From Vicinamibacteria bacterium (GTDB lineage Bacteria > Acidobacteriota > Vicinamibacteria > Marinacidobacterales > Marinacidobacteraceae): a stretch of DNA of 64,000 nt. The notes below the pieces were generated by a model. That model did not search any database. It saw only the letters and a program-made list of their open reading frames with translations, and was not told where the DNA came from. The stretch covers positions 1 through 64,000 of the forward strand of contig CBDATA010000001.1 in the NCBI GenBank assembly GCA_965199715.1, written 5' to 3'. A program made the position numbers and the translations under genes. Below, one piece after another: positions 9,754-19,211 of this stretch. Each line of letters opens with the position of its first letter. Within the stretch, counting starts at the first letter, position 1.

Positions 9754-10833
9754 TCACGAGGGGCGTATTCTCGCCGGTGGCGGTGGATTCTGAACGGCCT
9801 TCCTGAGAACGATTTGCCCCTCGCTGGCGACCACGCGAAGTGCGTCGCCTTCTCGCAGGCCGGCCTCGGCCAAGACGCTGGCCGGCAGCGTCACCGTGTT
9901 CCCGACGCGCAGCCGCACGGTCTCCACTGCACTCCGTGCACGCGGGGCCCGTGCAACTACGCCGCCGCCCAGCAGACTCGCGACGCAGCCTCCGACCCGC
10001 TCCGCGGCGGCCTCCACCTCGCGGTCGCTCACGTGCGCATAGCGCATCGTCATCCGGGGCTGCGCATGGCCGAGCAGGCGCGAGACCACCGGAAGCGGCA
10101 CGTCGCTCATCACCGCATGGCTCGCGAACGTATGCCGCAGGTCGTGGAGGCGCACGTCCGGGATCCCGGCGGTGCGCCGAACCTTGCGCCAGAGCGACAG
10201 TTCGGCGGCGCGGGGCTGGGTGGAGTCCGCCAGCGACGGGAACACGAACGGACTGTCCGAACGCGGTTGCCGGGCGAGGATCGCCCGCGCCCGCTCGTTC
10301 AGGACGACCGTGCGAGGGCCGGTCTTGGAGTCCACGAGCCGCAGCGCGTCCTCGCCGACCTCCGACCAGCGCAGCCCGACGATCTCTCCCTTGCGGCAGC
10401 CGGTCAGCAGCAGCAGGCGGATGATCTCCGCCTGCTGCCTTCCCGAGCCGCGACCCCGGTGGGCGTCGAGCGCCTGATGGAGGCGGTGGATTTCATCATG
10501 GGAGAGGAACCGGGTGAGCCGCGGCCGCGGATTCCGGCGCACTCCCCGCGTGGGGTTCTTCTTGACGTGGCCGCAAGCGACCGCGTGGTTGAGGATCTGC
10601 CGCAGCACATCGAGCGTCCGGTTCGCGCCGGCGGGGGCACTCTGGCCGTAGCGGTCGAACCAGCGGTGGACATCGCGGCGGCGGATGCGATCCAGCCGCC
10701 GTTTCCCGAACGCCGGCAGAAGTTGGGTCCGCAGGGCGCTGTCCATCCGAACCCGGGTCGAACGCTTACAGCGGTCGTAGCACGCAGTTGTCCACTCGGT
10801 CTCGACGAATCGCCCGAACGTGGGCTCCGTCAC
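9754..10833 (-). CDS. Tyrosine recombinase/integrase with AbrB-like C-terminal extension
   Basis: TGCRKGE, HDLRH, LLGH, MRYAH catalytic set intact; tail GNTVTLPASVLAEAGLREGDALRVVASEGQIVLRK. Confidence 0.9.
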   Translation of the reverse strand: MTEPTFGRFVETEWTTACYDRCKRSTRVRMDSALRTQLLPAFGKRRLDRIRRRDVHRWFDRYGQSAPAGANRTLDVLRQILNHAVACGHVKKNPTRGVRRNPRPRLTRFLSHDEIHRLHQALDAHRGRGSGRQQAEIIRLLLLTGCRKGEIVGLRWSEVGEDALRLVDSKTGPRTVVLNERARAILARQPRSDSPFVFPSLADSTQPRAAELSLWRKVRRTAGIPDVRLHDLRHTFASHAVMSDVPLPVVSRLLGHAQPRMTMRYAHVSDREVEAAAERVGGCVASLLGGGVVARAPRARSAVETVRLRVGNTVTLPASVLAEAGLREGDALRVVASEGQIVLRKAVQNPPPPARIRPS

Positions 10834-11711
10834 GGATGCGGATCAAGCGCTGCTCCGACTGCTTCGGCTGCGTCGCGGATCATCGGATCGGCGACATGCG
10901 CGTATCGGAGCGTCGTCGTGGGATCCAAGTGTCCCAGTAATCGGCCGATGGTGAGGAGAGTCTCGCCCCGGCGCAGCGCGAGGCTCGCGAAGCTGTGGCG
11001 AAGGTCGTGGAGGCGGAGGTCGGGCAGGCCGGCGGCGACGCGGACGACGCGCCAGACGCGGTAGAGCGACTCGTTCGGCATCGCGTCATTCCCCGAGGGT
11101 GCCGGGAACGCCCAGTCGGACGTTCTCGGCAGGGAGTCCAGCAGCGACCGGGCGGAGGAAGACAGCCAGACGGTGCGCGGGCCGACCTTGCTGTCCCGGA
11201 GATACAGGTTCCCTTCCCGATACTCCGACCACTTCAGGGTTCGGAGCTCTCCCTGACGGCATCCCGTCAGCGCCAGCAGCCGGATGAGAGCGATCGGAAG
11301 CGGGGCGGAGTCCTCGTGGACCTCAAGCGCCCTTCCGAGTTGGCGGAACTCCGCCTCGCTGAGGAACCGGGAGCGTCCGCGCTCCCGGAAGCGCCTCAGT
11401 CGCACGCAGGGGTTGCTGTCCTCGGGCCGGTAGCCGTAGAGCTCGGCCTGACGCAGGATCACGGACAGGATCGGGAGCGAACGGTTGGCGGCGGCCGGGG
11501 TCTCTCGCAGGGCGGCGAACCACCGCTCGACCTCCCGGCGGTCGATCTCGCCGACCGGAAGATCGCGGAACCATGGCAGGAGCCGGCTGCGCAGATACGC
11601 CCGATTCACCTTGGCGGTTCGCGGCTTCCAGCGGGAGCCGTAGCGCCGGAAGACCTCCTCCGCGGCGGTCTCGAAGAGGGGACTGCGGGGTTTGGTACGG
11701 TTCGCCGGCAT
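10830..11711 (-). CDS. Tyrosine recombinase/integrase
   Basis: TGCRQGE, HDLRH, LLGH, LRYAH; 4-nt overlap with the downstream recombinase. Confidence 0.92.
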   Translation of the reverse strand: MPANRTKPRSPLFETAAEEVFRRYGSRWKPRTAKVNRAYLRSRLLPWFRDLPVGEIDRREVERWFAALRETPAAANRSLPILSVILRQAELYGYRPEDSNPCVRLRRFRERGRSRFLSEAEFRQLGRALEVHEDSAPLPIALIRLLALTGCRQGELRTLKWSEYREGNLYLRDSKVGPRTVWLSSSARSLLDSLPRTSDWAFPAPSGNDAMPNESLYRVWRVVRVAAGLPDLRLHDLRHSFASLALRRGETLLTIGRLLGHLDPTTTLRYAHVADPMIRDAAEAVGAALDPHP

Positions 11712-11880
11712 GCGAGTGAGAGTGACCGTGTGTCGGGCCCCGCAGCGGGTTCGGGGGCGTCGCCGTCAGGTTGGACGCCCCGTTAGTTCGTGCTGATGCG
11801 AGAGTCGGGCATGGCGGCCCGGTATTCCCTCGCTGCAGGCTCTCCGATCCTCGTAGGTTGGTTCCCGGAGGGCCGTACCG

Positions 11881-13029
11881 GTGCCTGACATGCGGACGCT
11901 CCTTGACCGGATCCGGCACGGCATTTCGGATGGCGCGTACCCCAATGAGGCGGCGGTTGGCAGTCAAATCGTGCTGCCGCTGCTACGTGCGCTGAGTTGG
12001 GACGTGACGGACCCATCCTTCGTGCGCCATCAGTTTCCCCTTCCGCTCAAGGATACGACTCGATACGTGGACTTGGCGTTGTGCGTATCGGGCAGCAATC
12101 CAAGATATATCATTGAGTTGAAGGCCATCGGGAAAGTTCTGAGGGCCACTCGCGGGCTTGGGTCCGAACGCCAGATGTTCGAGTACGCCTTCCATGCCGG
12201 AGCCCCATTGGCCCTGCTGACCAATGGCGCGGAATGGCGCTTCTACTCAGCGCAGAGCGCTGGCACATATGACGAGCGGCTGGTGTGTGCGTTCAACCTC
12301 GTGAACGACGAACACGAACGCATCGTGAACGATCTGGAGCGATACCTCTCGTACGCGAACGTGAAGTCGGGCCACGCGGCTGACTTCGCCCGGGAGGATC
12401 TGAGAATCCGGCACGGTCAGCAGGAGGCGAAGAAGGCCATTCCCGCCGCGTGGGATCAACTCCGCACGGGCGATGTGAACGATCGCTTGGTGGCGCTCGT
12501 GAGCGAGACGACGGCTGCGCTCGCCCAAGGTGAACCGCGACGGGAGGATGTTGCCGAGTTTCTTCGCGGCTTGGCCCCGAGTAAACGCCCGCCGCGTCCG
12601 GTAGTACTCAAGCCGAAGCTTGAGGCGATCGGCCCACGAGAACCACGCCGAGGCGATAGGAAGACGAGTTCGAGCGATGGCTCAGGTTCTGTCCGCTACA
12701 TGCTCCTCGGCGAGGAACGGCGGGCGAAGACTCTGACAGAGGTGTATGTCAAAGTGTTTCGCGCCCTCGCCGAGCGTGATTCGGGTTTTCTGGACCGGGT
12801 GGAGCCAAGGCTCCGTGGCAAGAAGAACCGAGTTGTTGCCCGAACGCGGGATGCGCTCGCCGAGGTCCCGAGGATGAGGTCCACAGCCGTCCAACTACCC
12901 CGCGACTGGTGGTTGCTCACGTGGTTCGGCAGCAAAATGAAGCTTCGGAAGCTGCGCATCGCTTGCGAAGTCGCCGGGATTCCGTTCGACGATCGCTCCG
13001 GACTCAAGATCGACCTGCCGAGCGACTGA
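11881..13029 (+). CDS. PD-(D/E)xK restriction endonuclease-like protein (HsdR_N-like) with SeqA-like C-terminal domain
   Basis: NEAAV..QIVLPLLRAL.WD, VDLAL...IIELK, Q.FEYA, LLTNG.EWRFY; stop lies 14 bp before MTase R start. Confidence 0.8.
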   Translation: MPDMRTLLDRIRHGISDGAYPNEAAVGSQIVLPLLRALSWDVTDPSFVRHQFPLPLKDTTRYVDLALCVSGSNPRYIIELKAIGKVLRATRGLGSERQMFEYAFHAGAPLALLTNGAEWRFYSAQSAGTYDERLVCAFNLVNDEHERIVNDLERYLSYANVKSGHAADFAREDLRIRHGQQEAKKAIPAAWDQLRTGDVNDRLVALVSETTAALAQGEPRREDVAEFLRGLAPSKRPPRPVVLKPKLEAIGPREPRRGDRKTSSSDGSGSVRYMLLGEERRAKTLTEVYVKVFRALAERDSGFLDRVEPRLRGKKNRVVARTRDALAEVPRMRSTAVQLPRDWWLLTWFGSKMKLRKLRIACEVAGIPFDDRSGLKIDLPSD

Positions 13030-13043
13030 AGAGCGGAGCGACC

Positions 13044-15995
13044 ATGGGGCGCAAGCTGATCGAAGTCGCCCTTCCTCTCAAGGCGATCAACGAGGCCTCC
13101 GCACGGGAGAAGTCGATCCGGCACGGGCATCCGTCCACCCTACATCTCTGGTGGGCGCGGCGTCCGCTCGCCGCCGCCCGAGCGGTGATCTTCGGTCAGT
13201 TGGTGGACGACCCGTCGGAGTACGCGGACGTGCTGCTCATGGATCCACCGACCAAACGGTTGGCGCTCAACGAGTTGAAGAGGCGCGGGCAGGAGGCGAC
13301 TCCGGCCGCCCTCGCCGAGGTCGCGGCGGAGCGGGAGCGCCGGCGGCTGTTCGGGATCCTCGAGGCGTTGGTGAAGTGGGAGAACACGGCCAACGAGAAG
13401 GTGCTGGAGGCGGCGCGGGCGGAGATCCGGGAGAGCTGGCGAAGGGCCTGCGCCGAGAACGCGGACCACCCCCGGGCGGACGAGCTCTTCGACCGCAACC
13501 GGCTCCCGGCCTTCCACGATCCGTTCGCCGGGGGCGGGGCGCTGCCGCTGGAGGCGCAGCGGCTCGGCCTCGAGGCGCACGCCTCCGACCTGAACCCGGT
13601 GGCGGTGCTCATCAACAAGGCGATGATCGAGATCCCGCCGAAGTTCGCGGGGAGGCCGCCGGTGAACCCGGAGTCGCGGGCGGCGCAGACGGTGGTTGCG
13701 AAGGCGTGGCCGGGGGCGACCGGCCTCGCCGAGGACGTGCGCTTCTACGGGAAGTGGATGCGGGACGAGGCGGAGAAGCGGATCGGCCGTCTGTACCCGA
13801 AGGTGGAGGTCACGGCGGAGATGGCGCGGGAGCGTCCGGACCTGAAGCCGTACGAGGGGCGGAAGCTGACGGTGATCGCGTGGCTGTGGGCGCGGACGGT
13901 AAGGAGCCCGAACCCGGCGTTCGGAGACGTGGAGGTTCCGCTGGCGTCGACGTTCATGCTGTCGACGAAGAAGGGGAAGGAGGCGTGGGTGGAGCCGGCG
14001 GTCGAGGGCCGGGGCTACCGGTTCCGCGTGCGCGTCGGCCCCCCGACGGACGGGGGCACGAAGACAGGGACAAAGGTCGCCCGAGGCGCGAACTTCCGCT
14101 GCCTGATGTCGGGCACGCCGATCGCGGGCGACTACGTCAAGGCCGAGGGCGTGGCCGGGCGGATGGGGTCGCGGATGCTCGCGATCGTGGCCGCCGGAGA
14201 TCGCGAGCGGATTTACCTCTCGCCGGTAGCGAACCACGAGCGGGCCGCCGTCAACGCCAATCCGGCTTGGCGGCCCACGGAGCCGTTGCCGCATGACCCG
14301 CGGGCGATTTGGGTCGTCCTCTACGGACTGACCGAGTTCGGGCATCTCTTCTCGGATCGCCAGCTCGTGGCCCTGACGACGTTCTCGGACCTCGTCGGCG
14401 AGGCCCGCGAGCGAATCCGGGATGACGCCGCCTCGGCCGGCCTCCCCGACGACGACCGTCCGCTGCGCGACGGCGGCCTCGGCGCGACCGCCTACGCCGA
14501 GGCGGCGTCCCTGTATCTCGCGTTCGTGCTCAGCAAACAAGCTGACCTCGGGAATGCGCTGTGCGCCTGGGAACCAGTAGCCCAATGTCCCCGCCACCTG
14601 TTTGGTCGCCAAGCCATTCCCATGGTGTGGGATTACGCCGAAGGAAACCCTCTCGGCAAGGCCTCTGGCGCATGGCTAGTACTCCTTGAAGGCGTTGTTC
14701 GGGCGTTCTCCAAGGCGTTCGGTTCAATTTATGGCCGAGCGATCGGCTATGCGGAACAACAAGATGCGAGGTTGCAAAATGTTTCCTCGGGCCGAGTTGT
14801 TTCAACGGATCCTCCATACTTCGACAACATCGGATATGCCGACCTCTCCGACTTCTTCTATGTGTGGCTCCGTCGCTCCATGCGGACAGTGTTCTCCAAC
14901 GCGCTAGGCACTGTAGCCGCCCCGAAACAGCCCGAGCTGGTTGCTACGCCGTACCGGCATGGAGGAAAGGAAGCTGCCGAGCACTTCTTTGTAGAGGGGA
15001 TGACCGACGCGATGAGTCGGGTCTCGGCGCAGACGCACGAGGCTTTCCCGACGACGATCTTCTACGCGTTCAAGCAGTCCGAACAACGTGACGAAACGGG
15101 CGCTACAAGTACCGGCTGGGAGACATTTCTTGAGGCGGTAATGCGATCTGGTTTCGCGATTACGGGCACTTGGCCCATGCGGACGGAGAATTCCTCGCGT
15201 CTCGGTGGAATCGGAACCAACGCCCTCGCCTCCTCCATCGTGCTGGTCTGCCGGCGGCGGCCCGACGACGCCCCGGCCGCCACCCGGCGGGAGTTCCTGA
15301 CCGAGCTTCGTTCCGAGCTTCCGCAGGCCCTTCGGCTGCTCCAGTCGGGCAACGTCGCCCCGGTGGATCTGGCGCAGGCGGCCATCGGTCCGGGCATGGC
15401 CGTGTACACGCGTTACGGGAAGGTGCTCGACGCCGAAGGGAACGCAATGTCCGTGCGCGAGGCGCTCGCCGCGATCAACCGCACGCTCGACGAGGTGCTC
15501 GCCGAGCAGGAGGGCGATTTCGACGCGGACACCCGCTGGGCGCTCGCGTGGTTCGAGCAGTTCGGGTTCGACCGGGGGGACTACGGCATCGCCGAGACGC
15601 TCACCAAGGCCAAGAACACGAGCGTGGACGGGCTTGACGAGGCCGGCGTCCTCAAGTCCAAGGGCGGCGAGGTGTGGATCCTGCGGCCGGAAAACCTGGA
15701 CGAGTCATGGGACCCCGAGACCGATGATCGGCTGACCGTCTGGGAGATCGTCCACCACCTGATCCGCCGCCTCGACAAGGACGGCGAGGCGGGCGCCGCC
15801 GAAGTGGTCGCCAAGCTCGGCAGCAAGGGCGAGGCGGCCCGGGAACTCTGCTACCGCGTCTACACGCTGTGCGACCGGAAGAACCGGGCGGCGGAGGCGC
15901 ACGCGTACAACCGCCTCGTCCAGAGCTGGCCGGAGATCGTCCGGCTGTCCCAGTCGGAAGCGTTCACGCAGGGTTCCGTCTTCGGCGAGGGCTGA
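13044..15995 (+). CDS. DUF1156 adenine-specific DNA methyltransferase, allele R
   Basis: ATG at 13044 after GGAG; same DUF1156, DPFAGGG and TDPPY motifs as allele L. Confidence 0.93.
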   Translation: MGRKLIEVALPLKAINEASAREKSIRHGHPSTLHLWWARRPLAAARAVIFGQLVDDPSEYADVLLMDPPTKRLALNELKRRGQEATPAALAEVAAERERRRLFGILEALVKWENTANEKVLEAARAEIRESWRRACAENADHPRADELFDRNRLPAFHDPFAGGGALPLEAQRLGLEAHASDLNPVAVLINKAMIEIPPKFAGRPPVNPESRAAQTVVAKAWPGATGLAEDVRFYGKWMRDEAEKRIGRLYPKVEVTAEMARERPDLKPYEGRKLTVIAWLWARTVRSPNPAFGDVEVPLASTFMLSTKKGKEAWVEPAVEGRGYRFRVRVGPPTDGGTKTGTKVARGANFRCLMSGTPIAGDYVKAEGVAGRMGSRMLAIVAAGDRERIYLSPVANHERAAVNANPAWRPTEPLPHDPRAIWVVLYGLTEFGHLFSDRQLVALTTFSDLVGEARERIRDDAASAGLPDDDRPLRDGGLGATAYAEAASLYLAFVLSKQADLGNALCAWEPVAQCPRHLFGRQAIPMVWDYAEGNPLGKASGAWLVLLEGVVRAFSKAFGSIYGRAIGYAEQQDARLQNVSSGRVVSTDPPYFDNIGYADLSDFFYVWLRRSMRTVFSNALGTVAAPKQPELVATPYRHGGKEAAEHFFVEGMTDAMSRVSAQTHEAFPTTIFYAFKQSEQRDETGATSTGWETFLEAVMRSGFAITGTWPMRTENSSRLGGIGTNALASSIVLVCRRRPDDAPAATRREFLTELRSELPQALRLLQSGNVAPVDLAQAAIGPGMAVYTRYGKVLDAEGNAMSVREALAAINRTLDEVLAEQEGDFDADTRWALAWFEQFGFDRGDYGIAETLTKAKNTSVDGLDEAGVLKSKGGEVWILRPENLDESWDPETDDRLTVWEIVHHLIRRLDKDGEAGAAEVVAKLGSKGEAARELCYRVYTLCDRKNRAAEAHAYNRLVQSWPEIVRLSQSEAFTQGSVFGEG

Positions 15996-16053
15996 GCGCG
16001 GGCGGGCCACGCCCGTTTCTCCAACGGCCGGCGGCGCTACAGTCCCGCCCCCC

Positions 16054-16236
16054 ATGGACGCTCCCACGCTGACTCCGAACGAGGTGTCCGGCATCACTGG
16101 GCTTGCGGTTCGGCACATCCGCCGCGCCATGGACTCGGGGCTGCTCGGCGACGCCGTGACCCGCAACGGGCGCGGACGCCGGCTCCGCCGCGACGCGACG
16201 CTCGCGCCAGGACGTCCGGCGTCTTGCGCCGATTGA
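16054..16236 (+). CDS. Small HTH protein (copy 2)
   Basis: Identical translation to 6407-6589. Confidence 0.5.
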   Translation: MDAPTLTPNEVSGITGLAVRHIRRAMDSGLLGDAVTRNGRGRRLRRDATLAPGRPASCAD

Positions 16237-16271
16237 CCGCCTCCGCCAGACGTTCTAGAGTCGATGGCGCA

Positions 16272-17078
16272 ATGTCGGTTACTTCTTCGGAAACGGTTTC
16301 ATGGCGGGCGACGACGTTCGGCTTCCATTTATGCGGCCACCGATCGCCGGTCGCCGCACTTTGCCTGGTTCTGCTTGTCGGCGCGGTCGGCTCGGCGAAT
16401 CATGCAGCCTCGTCCGAGTTATGGCGAGGTCTCAGGGTGGCTCCGGAGAATCGCTGTTCGCCGTACCGGGCCCGCGACTACCCATATCCCCAGTCGGTCG
16501 AGGATCGGATCACGGCCCGGCTCGGCGGCGTGTACGGGCCCTATACCGGCCGCTGGTTCGTTTCCGATACACAGACGGATATCGAACACATGGTCGCGAG
16601 ATCCGAAGCGCACGACAGCGGGCTGTGCGCGGCCTCGCGGGCGACCCGGCGGACATTCGCCCGCGACCTCCTGAATCTGACTCTCGCGGCCCCGAACGTG
16701 AATCGTCACCAGAAGTCCGACAGCGACGCCGCAGAGTGGCTGCCGGAGAAGAACAAGTGCTGGTTCGCAAGCCGGGTCGTGGCGGTGAAGCTGAAGTACG
16801 GGCTGACCGTGAACCGCCGCGAGGCCAACGCCCTCGAACGGGTGCTCCAATCCTGTCCATCGACCGCGCTCGTGGTGTATGAGCGCGGCGCGACGCCCGT
16901 TGGAGGCCCAAGTCCCCGATCAAGTTCCCCATCCGAAATCGCGCGGTGGGACGATGACGGGAACGGGAGGATCACGTGCGCCGAGGCCCGGCGCCACGGC
17001 ATCGCGCCGGTGAAGCGAGGCCACGTCGCGTACCCGTTCATGAACGACGGCGACGGCGACGGCGTCGTGTGCGAATAG
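16272..17078 (+). CDS. DUF1524-type HNH nuclease + Excalibur domain (copy 2)
   Basis: Identical translation to 5565-6371. Confidence 0.8.
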   Translation: MSVTSSETVSWRATTFGFHLCGHRSPVAALCLVLLVGAVGSANHAASSELWRGLRVAPENRCSPYRARDYPYPQSVEDRITARLGGVYGPYTGRWFVSDTQTDIEHMVARSEAHDSGLCAASRATRRTFARDLLNLTLAAPNVNRHQKSDSDAAEWLPEKNKCWFASRVVAVKLKYGLTVNRREANALERVLQSCPSTALVVYERGATPVGGPSPRSSSPSEIARWDDDGNGRITCAEARRHGIAPVKRGHVAYPFMNDGDGDGVVCE

Positions 17079-17096
17079 CCCGCAGCCGGGCGGAAC

Positions 17097-18182
17097 TCAG
17101 GCGCTGACCGGAGCGGCGGCGAGACACGCGGCGAACGCTTTCAGCGCGTCCTCGACGTCCGCGTCGGACGTGCCGAGGTGCGGGATGATCCGCATCGCGT
17201 CCGGGCCGCCGGGCAGCGTCGCCACCCGCCAGTCCGCGAGCAGGCGCTCAGCGAGGCGGAAGGCGTTCATCCCCGGCGTACGGAAACGGACGATGTTCGT
17301 CTCGACCGCGTGCGGGTCCACGTCGATTCCCGGGATCGCGGCGAGCCCGGCCGCGAGCCGGCGGGCGCGGGCGTGGTCCTCGACGAGCCGGTCCCGATGG
17401 TTCTCCAGCGCGTGGAGCGCGCCCGCGGCCAGGATTCCGGCCTGACGGAAGCCGCCGCCGAACAACTGGCGGAAGCGGCGGGCGCGGCGGATCACCGGCG
17501 CCGGACCGGCGAGGCAGGAGCCCATCGGCGCGCCGAGGCCCTTCGAGAAGCAGACGCTCACCGTCTGGAAGCTCGCGGCCCACTCGGCCTCGGGGATCCC
17601 GGTAGCCGCCGTCGCGTGCCAGAGGCGGGCGCCGTCGAGGTGCGCCGCGAGCCCGAGCTCCGCCGCGGTCTCCCCCACCGCCTTGAGCCGCTCGAACGGC
17701 CAGACCGTTCCGCTGGAAGCGTTGTGGGTGTTCTCGGCGGCGACGAGGCGCGCCGGCGGATGGCACGCCATCGGCACCATCGGGTGCGGCTCGAGCACGG
17801 CCGTCCGCACCTGCTCGGGAGCGAACGCGCCCCGCTCCCCTTCGAGGCCGAGGACCGTCAGGCCGGAGAGCGCGGCCGGGCCGCCGCTCTCGACCAGATA
17901 GAGGTGGGCGCGGGACTCGGCGAGGACCAGGTCTCCGGGCTCGGTCTGCGCCCGGAGCGCGATCTGGTTGCTCATCGTCCCGGTGGGCGTGAAGACCGCG
18001 GCCTCCTTCCCGAGCGCCTCGGCGGTGCGCTCCTCGAGCCGGTTCACCGACGGGTCGTCGCCGTACACGTCGTCGCCGACCGGCGCGGCCGCCATCGCCG
18101 CCCGCATCGCTTCCGTCGGGCGGGTGACGGTGTCGCTTCTCAGGTCGATCCGGACGGGCCGCCCGGCGGCGGTGGGTTCCAT
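17097..18182 (-). CDS. ltaE: Low-specificity L-threonine aldolase (copy 2)
   Basis: Identical translation to 4461-5546. Confidence 0.92.
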   Translation of the reverse strand: MEPTAAGRPVRIDLRSDTVTRPTEAMRAAMAAAPVGDDVYGDDPSVNRLEERTAEALGKEAAVFTPTGTMSNQIALRAQTEPGDLVLAESRAHLYLVESGGPAALSGLTVLGLEGERGAFAPEQVRTAVLEPHPMVPMACHPPARLVAAENTHNASSGTVWPFERLKAVGETAAELGLAAHLDGARLWHATAATGIPEAEWAASFQTVSVCFSKGLGAPMGSCLAGPAPVIRRARRFRQLFGGGFRQAGILAAGALHALENHRDRLVEDHARARRLAAGLAAIPGIDVDPHAVETNIVRFRTPGMNAFRLAERLLADWRVATLPGGPDAMRIIPHLGTSDADVEDALKAFAACLAAAPVSA

Positions 18183-18187
18183 GGGGG

Positions 18188-19198
18188 TCACCTCGTGATG
18201 CGCCGCAGCGGGGCAAGCCGTCGCCGCACGGCCTCCCGGTCGGCCTCGGGGATGCGGCTCCAGAGGCGTTCCACGAACTCCGCGTCGGCGAGGCCCGGCG
18301 GGGACCCCTGCTCGGGCGCGGAGAGGCCCAGGTCGCGACGGCAGCCGTCCACCGCCTCCATGAGCGCCGCGTCGTAACGGCGCGTGCGGCCCTCCCCGAG
18401 CTCCTCGTCGGTCACGGAGGCGGAACAACCCGCCTCGGCGAGGAGAACCCGCAACTGGAGGACGTCGCCGCCGGTGAATCCAGTCAGGGTCCGATACCCG
18501 ACCTTCTGGCTGACCGCGTCGTGGATGCGCCGCAGTTCGGCCACCGGAGTCGCGTGCTCGCAGACGTTGATGTGGGTCGAAAGGCCGTCGTCGCGGCGCG
18601 AGTGGTCGGGACGGGAGTCCGCCACCATCACCGAAGCCGACTGCCGCCGCCCCCGGCGCGCGTCGCCGCCGGCCGCCTGCCCCGCCTCGAGCGCCGCGAC
18701 CAGCCGGTCGGCGAGCGAAAGCCCGCTCCCCCTCGTGCTCTCGAACGACTCGGCCACCGCGTCCACGACTTCCGGTCCGACCAGCAGGTTGCCCTGGGCC
18801 GCGTAGTCGGCCCCGGCTCGGTGGCCGGCCCACGCGCTCGCGTCCGCGCCGGTGTGCTGGGCCGCGCCGCCGGCGAGCGCGACGACTCCGACCTGCCGGT
18901 TCGGGGCCTGCTCGTCATCGGCGAGCCGTTCGGCGAGCGCGTCCTCGGGCGTGCGGCCGGCTTCGAGCAAATCGAGCAGCTCCGCGCCGTACCGGGTCCG
19001 CGTGCGCGCCTGCGTCGCGACCGCGCCCACGCCGGCCCGCACCCACGGCACGCCGTTCCCAACGCACGGGTTGCGGGTGGTCACGGCCACGCCCACCTCG
19101 CCGGTTTCGCGATCGACCGCCGCGATCGAGAACGTATGGAAGACGGTCTCGGTCTGCGACGCGGCGGCGAGCAGCGCGAACGCGAGGAATGCGGCCAT
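18188..19198 (-). CDS. DUF1028 protein (copy 2)
   Basis: Identical translation to 3445-4455. Confidence 0.85.
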   Translation of the reverse strand: MAAFLAFALLAAASQTETVFHTFSIAAVDRETGEVGVAVTTRNPCVGNGVPWVRAGVGAVATQARTRTRYGAELLDLLEAGRTPEDALAERLADDEQAPNRQVGVVALAGGAAQHTGADASAWAGHRAGADYAAQGNLLVGPEVVDAVAESFESTRGSGLSLADRLVAALEAGQAAGGDARRGRRQSASVMVADSRPDHSRRDDGLSTHINVCEHATPVAELRRIHDAVSQKVGYRTLTGFTGGDVLQLRVLLAEAGCSASVTDEELGEGRTRRYDAALMEAVDGCRRDLGLSAPEQGSPPGLADAEFVERLWSRIPEADREAVRRRLAPLRRITR

Positions 19199-19211
19199 GA
19201 GAGGCCGAATC

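Noticed and set aside
12909-13043. N-terminal extension of MTase R in the ORF track
   Set aside because: Overlaps the nuclease gene; ATG 13044 has an RBS and aligns with the start of allele L.
6999-15644. Whole region as a simple fold-back read chimera
   Set aside because: The 8.6 kb core is not palindromic: it holds unique genes and codon-aware divergence between the MTases, so simple hairpin chimerism cannot produce it.
6648-15995. Diversity-generating retroelement or composite transposon as explanation for the variable MTase regions
   Set aside because: No reverse transcriptase or transposase; differences are block-wise and largely synonymous in conserved parts, not adenine-specific.
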